A stretch of 64,000 nucleotides of DNA from an uncultured Oscillospiraceae bacterium (GTDB lineage: Bacteria; Bacillota; Clostridia; Oscillospirales; Oscillospiraceae). Shown here piece by piece: positions 45,993 to 53,275 of the stretch (positions are counted from its first letter, which is position 1; each line of letters opens with the position of its first letter). The notes under the pieces are model-generated. The model was not told where the DNA came from. It did no database searches and saw nothing but the letters and a program-made list of their open reading frames with translations. The DNA is taken from contig CAJTYO010000008.1 of NCBI GenBank assembly GCA_910584045.1, forward strand, positions 1,838 to 65,837, read 5' to 3'. The position numbers and the translations under genes were made by a program.

Positions 45993-47228
45993 ACGAAATA
46001 TCTGCTTATTATCGGGGACGGCATGGCCGACGACCCTGTCCCTCGACTGGGAAATAAAACGCCGCTGCAAGCCGCTGCAACACCCGCCATCGACCGCATG
46101 GCCGCAAACGGTCTGGTGGGAAGCGTAGTCAACTGCCCCCCTCCCCTGCCCGCGGGGAGCGAAACGGCCATTTTGTCCATCTTTGGCTGCGACCCCAGAA
46201 AGTATTTTACGGGCCGCTCCCCGATGGAGGCGGCCGCCGCCGGGATCAAAATGCAGAGGGGAGACGCAGCTTTCCGGTGCAACCTTGTCACGCTGGAGGA
46301 CGGAGACGGTCCTATGGAGAAAAAACGCATTCTCTCCCACTCCGCCGGATCTATTGACGGCCCGTCCGCCATGGAAACTACGGCGGCCCTGCTGGCGGAC
46401 AGCCGCTTTGCCGCGGCTCTAGCCGCGGCACGGATAGATATCCACCGCTTCCCAGTTTTCCGCCAGCTGGCCGTACAGCATGAAAGCGACATCTCGGATA
46501 TTCGCTTCTCCCCGCCCCACGACCACCTGGGCGAGGAGGCAGGCTTCTATCTTCCCGCCGGAAACCAGCGGGCGGAGGTCTTCGCCGGGCTGATGCGTCT
46601 GGCCCATGAGATTCTGGACCGCCATCCGGTGACGGAAAAGCGGCGCGCTACCGGGAAGCTGCCGGCCAACGGCATCTGGTTCTGGGCGGAGGGCACCGCG
46701 GCGGCGCTGCCCTCCTTCCGGGAGCAATACGGTCTGGACGGCGCGGTAATCAGCGCGGTACCCCTGTGCCAGGGCATCGGGGTGCTAAGGGGCCTGGAGC
46801 GCGTGGAGGTGGAGGGGGCCACCGGGGAGCTGGACACCAACTTCGAAGGCAAGCTGGAGGCCGTGTGGACCAAGCTGCAGAAGTACGACTTCGTCTGCCT
46901 GCACCTGGAGGCCCCCGACGAGTGCACCCACAACGGCGACCTGCCCGGAAAGCTGCAGGCTATCGAGTGGCTGGACAGCCGTCTGGTGGAACCACTGCTG
47001 TCCCGTATGGAAACCGCCGGCATAGAACACCGCATCCTGCTCCTGAGCGACCATAAGACATTGACCGCCACCCGCGGCCATGGGGCGGACCCCGTCCCCT
47101 TCCTCCTCTATGACAGCCGGCAGAGCACGGGCCGCGGCGGCGTCTACGACGAGCCCGCTGGAGAAAAAGGTCCCTTCGTGGAGGACGGAAGCACCCTTCT
47201 ATCCAGACTGTTCGACGATACACTCTGA
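45993..47228 (+). CDS. Archaeal-type cofactor-independent phosphoglycerate mutase / proposed homoserine kinase family (alkaline-phosphatase superfamily). Start codon unresolved
   Basis: KYLLIIGDGMADDP...TPL..A.TP..D.MA..G..G, SGSETAILSIFGCDP, LHLEAPDE..H.GD...K..AIE..D, LSDH.T. The conserved KYLLIIGDG lies upstream of the first ATG (46023). The SD at 45977-45985 points to the ACG at 45993. Confidence 0.75.
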   Translation, partial: TKYLLIIGDGMADDPVPRLGNKTPLQAAATPAIDRMAANGLVGSVVNCPPPLPAGSETAILSIFGCDPRKYFTGRSPMEAAAAGIKMQRGDAAFRCNLVTLEDGDGPMEKKRILSHSAGSIDGPSAMETTAALLADSRFAAALAAARIDIHRFPVFRQLAVQHESDISDIRFSPPHDHLGEEAGFYLPAGNQRAEVFAGLMRLAHEILDRHPVTEKRRATGKLPANGIWFWAEGTAAALPSFREQYGLDGAVISAVPLCQGIGVLRGLERVEVEGATGELDTNFEGKLEAVWTKLQKYDFVCLHLEAPDECTHNGDLPGKLQAIEWLDSRLVEPLLSRMETAGIEHRILLLSDHKTLTATRGHGADPVPFLLYDSRQSTGRGGVYDEPAGEKGPFVEDGSTLLSRLFDDTL

Positions 47229-47336
47229 CCGCCCTCAAAAAGCAGAGCAAAACCTTGCGGCAAAACGTTCTTTTTGATACTTTTACTTTTAAGAAAAAGT
47301 ATGCACACCGAAAAATCTAAAAGGAGGAGAGGAAGA

Positions 47337-48620
47337 ATGACGAACCAATTTGAATCCCTGGGCCTGCGGCCCGCGAACATTCTGCTGCCCAAGACAGGCA
47401 CGGATATGACCAAGTGGGCGGTGGTGGCCTGCGACCAGTTCACCAGTCAGCCGGAGTACTGGGCGGAGGTGGAGCGCATTGCCGGGGACGCGCCCAGCAC
47501 CCTGCGCCTGATCCTGCCGGAGAGCCGGCTCAACGACGAGAACGTGGAGGCGCATATCTCAGACATCAACCGGTCCATGGAGGACTATCTCTACCAGGAC
47601 ATCTTCACCACCCTGCCTGCGTCCATCATCTATATCGAGCGGACCCAGTCCGATGGAACGGTCCGGCCGGGGCTGGTGGCGGCGGTGGACCTGGAGAAGT
47701 ACGACTACACGCCCGGTTCCGGGTCCCTGATCCGGGCCACCGAGGGGACAGTGCTGGAGCGCATCCCGCCCCGGGTGCGTGTGCGGAAGGACGCGCCCAT
47801 CGAACTGCCCCACGTGATGCTGCTGATCGACGACCCCAAGAAAATCTGCGTGGAGCCCATCACCGCCGAAAAGGACAGCATGGAGTCTCTCTATGATTTC
47901 GAGCTTATGATGGGCGGCGGCCATCTGCGGGGCTGGCGGCTCAGCGAGGCGCAGATCGAACAGCTGGCCGCAGCTCTGAGCCGTCTGAGCAGCGACGAGG
48001 CCATGGAGCACAAGTACGGTCTGGGCGGGGTGCCCCCCCTGCTATTCGCCGTTGGCGACGGCAATCACAGTCTAGCTACCGCCAAGACATGCTATGAGAA
48101 CCTGAAAAAGGTCACCCCCGAGGAGCAGTGGGCGGCGCTGCCCGCCCGATACGCCTTGGTGGAGATCGAAAATCTCCACGACCCCGCTCTGCAGTTCGAG
48201 GCCATCCACCGCGTGGTGTTCGGCGTGAACCCTGAGGAGCTGATCGAGGCCTTCCTGGAATTCTACCCCAACGCCCATCGGGGACCGGGAGTGGGACACT
48301 CCATCGCCTATACCCACGCCGGCGGCACAGGCTGCCTCACCGTCCCCAACCCCAGGGTCCAACTGCCGGTGGGCACGCTGCAAAACTTCCTGGACGCCTA
48401 TCTGAAGGAAAACGGAGGCGAGGTGGACTATATCCACGGCGAAGCCGTTACAGACGAGCTGGGAGCCAGACCGGGCAACATTGGCTTCAAGCTGCCCGCC
48501 ATGGGGAAGGACCAGCTGTTCAAAACCGTCATCGCCGACGGCGTGCTGCCCCGAAAAACCTTCTCCATGGGCCATGCCGAGGATAAGCGCTACTACGTGG
48601 AGGGCCGGAAAATCCGATGA
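47337..48620 (+). CDS. DUF1015 family protein
   Basis: LRPANILLP...MTKWAVVACDQFTSQPEYW...GNHSLATAK matches my recollection of the DUF1015 core. About 427 aa. Start at the ATG at 47337, which follows AGGAGGAGAGG. Confidence 0.75.
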   Translation: MTNQFESLGLRPANILLPKTGTDMTKWAVVACDQFTSQPEYWAEVERIAGDAPSTLRLILPESRLNDENVEAHISDINRSMEDYLYQDIFTTLPASIIYIERTQSDGTVRPGLVAAVDLEKYDYTPGSGSLIRATEGTVLERIPPRVRVRKDAPIELPHVMLLIDDPKKICVEPITAEKDSMESLYDFELMMGGGHLRGWRLSEAQIEQLAAALSRLSSDEAMEHKYGLGGVPPLLFAVGDGNHSLATAKTCYENLKKVTPEEQWAALPARYALVEIENLHDPALQFEAIHRVVFGVNPEELIEAFLEFYPNAHRGPGVGHSIAYTHAGGTGCLTVPNPRVQLPVGTLQNFLDAYLKENGGEVDYIHGEAVTDELGARPGNIGFKLPAMGKDQLFKTVIADGVLPRKTFSMGHAEDKRYYVEGRKIR

Positions 48621-49462
48621 GCTTCCCTCAAAATCTGCACACCCACACCGTTTTCAGCGACGGCAAAAACACTCCAGAGGAGATGGTTCGCGGGGCCATC
48701 CGGGCAGGATGCGCCTCCCTGGGCCTCTCCGATCACAGCCCTATGCCCCCCGCAGCCGATCCGGATGAATGGTCCATGCGGCCAGATCGGATATTGGCTT
48801 TCCGGGAAGAGGTTTTGCATCTGCGGGAGGCATACGCCGGAAAACTGGAGCTCTTCCTGGGGTTGGAGCAGGACATCGACTCCTCCCCGCCCCAGGGGGA
48901 GTGGGACTATCTGATCGGCTCCGTTCACGGCATATGGGCCGATGGCCGCTACCTCGCGGCGGACGAGAGCGCGGATCGCTTTGACCGGTCGGTCCGGGAG
49001 CAATTCGGGGGGGACTACCTGGCCTTCGCACAGGCCTATTACCGCCGGATGGCGGCAGTGGCCCGGAAGACTGGATGCGACATCGTGGGCCACTTCGACC
49101 TGATTACCAAGAGCAACGAGGGCGGGCGCCGCTTCGACGAGGATGATCCCCGCTATCGCAGCGCCGCGCTGGAGGCGCTGGAGGCGTTGCTGGAGCGGGA
49201 CTTGATCTTCGAGATCAATACCGGCGCCATCTCTCGGGGCTATCGCACCACTCCCTACCCCGCCCCCTTCCTGCTGGACGCCATCCGGCAGAAGGGCGGA
49301 CGAATCTGCATTACCAGCGATTCCCATCAGTCGGACACCATCACCTGCGCCTTCTCCCAGGCGGCGGCGCTGGCGGAGAGCCACGGCTTCCGGGAGACAT
49401 GGGTGCTGGCGAAGGACGGCTTCCGGCCGGTTGGACTGACGGAATATAAAAAATTAGGATAA
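48617..49462 (+). CDS. hisK: PHP-family phosphoesterase, HisJ/HisK-type histidinol-phosphatase candidate
   Basis: NLHTHTVFSDG, GLSDHSP, GLEQD, GSVHG, VGHFDL, EINTG, TSDSH are PHP metal-ligand motifs. The start overlaps the DUF1015 stop (ATGA). Confidence 0.7.
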   Translation: MSFPQNLHTHTVFSDGKNTPEEMVRGAIRAGCASLGLSDHSPMPPAADPDEWSMRPDRILAFREEVLHLREAYAGKLELFLGLEQDIDSSPPQGEWDYLIGSVHGIWADGRYLAADESADRFDRSVREQFGGDYLAFAQAYYRRMAAVARKTGCDIVGHFDLITKSNEGGRRFDEDDPRYRSAALEALEALLERDLIFEINTGAISRGYRTTPYPAPFLLDAIRQKGGRICITSDSHQSDTITCAFSQAAALAESHGFRETWVLAKDGFRPVGLTEYKKLG

Positions 49463-49477
49463 GGATGAAACTTTGCT

Positions 49478-50719
49478 ATGAAAAGGTTCACCTCGCTGCT
49501 GTTAGCCCTGCTGCTCTGTCTGAGCCTGGCCTCCCCTGCCCTCGCCGCCGAGTTCAATGACGTAAAGGCGGGCGACTACTGCTATATTCCCGTGCTGTGG
49601 GCGGTGGAGAATGGCATCACCAGCGGCACTTCAAAAACCAAATTCTCTCCCAACGACACATGCACCGTTGGAGAAATCCTCACCTTCCTGTGGCGGGCCG
49701 AGGGCAAGCCGGAGCCCGAGAGAGAAAATCCCTTCACCGATGTGACAGACAAGGACTTTTTCGCCTCCGCCGCCCGTTGGGCCCACGAGAAGGGCCTGGT
49801 CTCCGGCGATATGTTCCAGGCGGACACGCCCTGCAGCCGCAGCATGGCGGTGACCTATATGTGGAAGGCCGCGGGCAGTCCGGAGACGGGCAGCGCTGAC
49901 TTTACCGACGTGGCCGCCGACGCGGCATACGCCCCCGCCGTCTCATGGGCCGTAGAGAAAAAGATCACCAGCGGCACCTCCGACAGGGACAAGACCTTCT
50001 CCCCCGACAAGCTTTGCACCCGGGGAGAGATCGTCACCTTCCTATACCGCTACAGTGGCTCCCCGAAAGTGAATGTCCCGGAACAGCCGAAGGAGGATAC
50101 TAAGACCTACGCGGCTTTTCCCTCCGTGCCCGACTTCAGCGCATTTATGGGCCTGGAGCCTGTAGAAAGCCGCGCTGAAAGCGGCAGTCTGGCCTTCTAC
50201 TATGACCTTGAAGAAATTAACGTCAAGGAGAAGAGTGTGAAGGCGTATAAGGAACTGCTGGAGCGCAAGGGCATCGCCTATATCGGCTCCCAGGAAACCA
50301 AATACGGCCCCGTGCTCATCTTCGGCGACAATGACGTCGCTGTGATGTTTATCCTGGTCGGCGACAAGTTCGGTATTATAATTACTACCATCGAAGATAT
50401 CCTGACCAGTACCAACTCCGACACAACATACTACAAGGAGTGCCCCGAGGTGCCCGACTTCGGTGCGATGACAGGTCTGCCGCTGCAGGAGGCCTCCGAA
50501 CGAGAAGACGGCTGGTACTACGCCTATAACTTCGACGACAGCGTTACGGAAGAAACCCTCAAAGCATATGGCCGGGCACTGATTGCGGCGGGCTTCGAAT
50601 ATGTGGGCAGCGGCTCCAATCAGTTGTCCATCTTCCTGGAATTTAGAAAAGGCTCCACAACGGTCCTGTTCGGGGAATTCGGCGCCGCCACCATTGCTGT
50701 AGCCGTGTACAGCGAGTAA
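49478..50719 (+). CDS. Secreted SLH-domain cell-wall protein with two C-terminal repeat modules
   Basis: Signal peptide, then three SLH repeats (F.DV....Y....V.WAVE.GITSGTS...FSP...CTRGEI.TFL.R). A duplicated module of about 95 aa follows. Confidence 0.85.
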   Translation: MKRFTSLLLALLLCLSLASPALAAEFNDVKAGDYCYIPVLWAVENGITSGTSKTKFSPNDTCTVGEILTFLWRAEGKPEPERENPFTDVTDKDFFASAARWAHEKGLVSGDMFQADTPCSRSMAVTYMWKAAGSPETGSADFTDVAADAAYAPAVSWAVEKKITSGTSDRDKTFSPDKLCTRGEIVTFLYRYSGSPKVNVPEQPKEDTKTYAAFPSVPDFSAFMGLEPVESRAESGSLAFYYDLEEINVKEKSVKAYKELLERKGIAYIGSQETKYGPVLIFGDNDVAVMFILVGDKFGIIITTIEDILTSTNSDTTYYKECPEVPDFGAMTGLPLQEASEREDGWYYAYNFDDSVTEETLKAYGRALIAAGFEYVGSGSNQLSIFLEFRKGSTTVLFGEFGAATIAVAVYSE

Positions 50720-50747
50720 CTAGAACACTCCCCCTCATGTTAAAAAT

Positions 50748-50782
50748 GAGCGCGCACCATCCGCATAGGGTGGTGCGCGCTC
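50748..50782 (+). terminator. GC-rich hairpin after the SLH gene (no T-tract)
   Basis: 12-bp stem gagcgcgcacca / tggtgcgcgctc with an 11-nt loop. Confidence 0.4.
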
Positions 50783-50995
50783 GCATACTCCCCTCCCCTC
50801 TCCGGCGCTGCCGTCCGCAGTCTTTTTGTCCGGCGCGGTTGCTATTTCCTCCGGGGCGTGTTAAAATGGCGGGGAACTCATATTATAGGAGCGCCATACC
50901 TCCACCCGTGGCCCGCCTATGGCGGCTTAGACATCACACCAGCCGTGTGTTGGACAAAACCGATCCGGCGCAATCATAAAGAAGGAGAAACCACT

Positions 50996-52483
50996 ATGTC
51001 AAAAGCAATTATCAACGCCAACCGCTCCAAAGGCATTATCAACAAAAATATCTATGGACAGTTTTCAGAACATCTGGGCCGCTGCATCTATAACGGCATC
51101 TACGTGGATGAAAACGCCGGAATTCCCCATGAAAACGGGATGCGCACGGATGTGGTCCGCGCCCTAAAGGACCTGCGCATTCCGGTGCTGCGGTGGCCCG
51201 GCGGCTGCTTTGCGGACACCTACCACTGGCAGGACGGCATTGGCCCCCGTGAGGGCCGGAAGAAGATCGTCAATACCTTCTGGGGCGGCGTGACCGAGGA
51301 TAACTCCTTCGGCACCCACGAATTTCTGGAACTCTGCCGCCAGCTGGGGTGTGAGCCATATATCTCCGGCAACGTGGGCAGCGGCACAGTGCAGGAATTT
51401 TCTGACTGGGTGGAATACTGCAACATGGGCGGACAGTCCCCCATGGCGGACCTGCGCCGCGCCAACGGCCGGGAGGAGCCCTGGCATGTGAAATACTGGG
51501 GCATCGGCAACGAGACCTGGGGCTGCGGCGGCAACATGCGCCCTGCATTTTACGCCGACCTGTGCCGCCAGTACGCCACCTATCTACGCGCTTATGACGG
51601 TGCGCACCCACTCTGCCGCATCGCCTCCGGGGCCAACGCGGATGACTACCTCTGGACCAAGGAACTGATGGAGATCGCCGGCGGGTTCGTGGACGCGGTG
51701 AGCTTCCACTACTATACTGTCCCCGACTCGTGGGAGCACAAGGGCAGCGCCCTGAACTTCAGCCGAGAGGCGTATTTTGCCGCCCTCCGCCGCGCCCTGC
51801 GCATGGACGAGCTGGTGGAGAACCACTCCCGCATTATCCGCCAGTATCAGGGGGAGCGCAAGGTAGGTCTGGTGGTAGACGAGTGGGGCACCTGGTTCGA
51901 CGTGGAGCCCGGCACCAACCCCGGCTTCCTCTACCAGCAGAATACTATGCGGGATGCGCTGGTGGCCGCTGTGAGCCTGAATATTTTCAACAACCACTGC
52001 GACACCGTGGTGATGGCTAATATCGCCCAGCTTGTGAACGTGCTGCAGGCCATGATCCTGACCGAGGGGGGGAAAATGCTGCTGACCCCCACCTATCACG
52101 TATTCGAGATGTATAAAAATCACCAGGACGCCCGACAGCTGGAGAGTTATGTAGAAACCTCCCTGACTGGCGTGACCGGGGAAAATCGGGTCCCCAACCT
52201 CCACATCTCCGCCAGCCAGAGCAGCGACGGCACCGTGCTGATCACCGCCGCCAATCTGGACGACGAGCAGGGCGCGGCGTTGGACTGCGCTCTGGCCGGA
52301 TTGGGCAGAATTGGCAGCATCACAGGCCGGCTGCTGTCCGGACCGGCCGGCGCCCACAATACCTTCGATAAGCCAGAGGCCGTCAGACCCGCCGCACTGG
52401 AGCATATTCAGACCACTGCGGACGGCTTCAAGGCCGCCCTTCCCCCCTGTTGTGTGGCTGCCTTCGAGGTCAGGCCTGCATGA
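50996..52483 (+). CDS. abfA: Alpha-L-arabinofuranosidase, GH51
   Basis: [50 protein letters not shown]. Start moved to the ATG at 50996, which follows AAGGAG. Confidence 0.9.
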   Translation: MSKAIINANRSKGIINKNIYGQFSEHLGRCIYNGIYVDENAGIPHENGMRTDVVRALKDLRIPVLRWPGGCFADTYHWQDGIGPREGRKKIVNTFWGGVTEDNSFGTHEFLELCRQLGCEPYISGNVGSGTVQEFSDWVEYCNMGGQSPMADLRRANGREEPWHVKYWGIGNETWGCGGNMRPAFYADLCRQYATYLRAYDGAHPLCRIASGANADDYLWTKELMEIAGGFVDAVSFHYYTVPDSWEHKGSALNFSREAYFAALRRALRMDELVENHSRIIRQYQGERKVGLVVDEWGTWFDVEPGTNPGFLYQQNTMRDALVAAVSLNIFNNHCDTVVMANIAQLVNVLQAMILTEGGKMLLTPTYHVFEMYKNHQDARQLESYVETSLTGVTGENRVPNLHISASQSSDGTVLITAANLDDEQGAALDCALAGLGRIGSITGRLLSGPAGAHNTFDKPEAVRPAALEHIQTTADGFKAALPPCCVAAFEVRPA

Positions 52484-52740
52484 ACGGCCCCAACCGCTGC
52501 CGCCGGTGCCTGCTGCGGGAAATGGCCGGTGAAAACAGCTATTATGAAAGCGTGAAATTCTACCGGGAGACTCTGCCCACGAAAAAACGCACCCCGGACG
52601 ATATTTACGAGATCCGCCTCCAGACCTGCAAGGCCTGCGCCAGCCTGGAGAGCGGCACCTGTATGCAGTGCGGGTGCTATGTGGAAATGCGTGCAGCCCG
52701 TCTGGATATGCACTGCCCATGCAAGGAAGCAAAGTGGTAA
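52480..52740 (+). CDS. Small Cys-rich protein (9 Cys; CxxC, CxxC, CxxCxC, CxC)
   Basis: 86 aa: [12 protein letters not shown]...CKAC...CMQCGC...HCPC. The ATG overlaps the abfA stop (ATGA). No family confidently recalled. Confidence 0.55.
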   Translation: MNGPNRCRRCLLREMAGENSYYESVKFYRETLPTKKRTPDDIYEIRLQTCKACASLESGTCMQCGCYVEMRAARLDMHCPCKEAKW

Positions 52741-52906
52741 AAGGCAAGCCGGAGGTACTGCGTGGCCCGTTTCCTGGCGGAAAATTGTCAATGTGCTCAA
52801 CGCAGACTAAAGCGAAAATATAGACTTGATTTTCGTCTGATGTTCGTGTTAGAATAATCCCCGTGGGGTTGAAAAACACCCAGCAATAATGCAGGGAGGC
52901 ATAGTA

Positions 52907-53275
52907 ATGAATACAACAAAAAAACACATCTTGGTGGTAGATGATGATAATCTGAATTTGACGAGAACAAAGATGATTCTCGGCGAAGACTATCTGGTTC
53001 TTTTGGCGGAGTCGGGTATGGAAGCACTGGATAAGCTCAAAAGCGAAACGGTTGATATGGTGCTTCTGGACATCGATATGCCAAAGATGAATGGCATCCA
53101 AACCTTTGAACTTATGAAGGATTTCGCCGCCGATATACCGGTCATTTTCCTGACGGCCTCTGGTTCGGAAGAAGACGTCGTCAGCGCAATCAAGCTGGGA
53201 GCGGTGAATTATCTCAAAAAGCCCTTCCGTCCGCAGGAGCTGCGCAGGCGAATCGCACAGGAGTTTGAAAAGTAA
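52907..53275 (+). CDS. Stand-alone CheY-like response regulator receiver
   Basis: ILVVDDD, MVLLDIDMPKMNG, FLTA, KLGAVNYLKKPF. 122 aa with no output domain. Confidence 0.85.
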   Translation: MNTTKKHILVVDDDNLNLTRTKMILGEDYLVLLAESGMEALDKLKSETVDMVLLDIDMPKMNGIQTFELMKDFAADIPVIFLTASGSEEDVVSAIKLGAVNYLKKPFRPQELRRRIAQEFEK

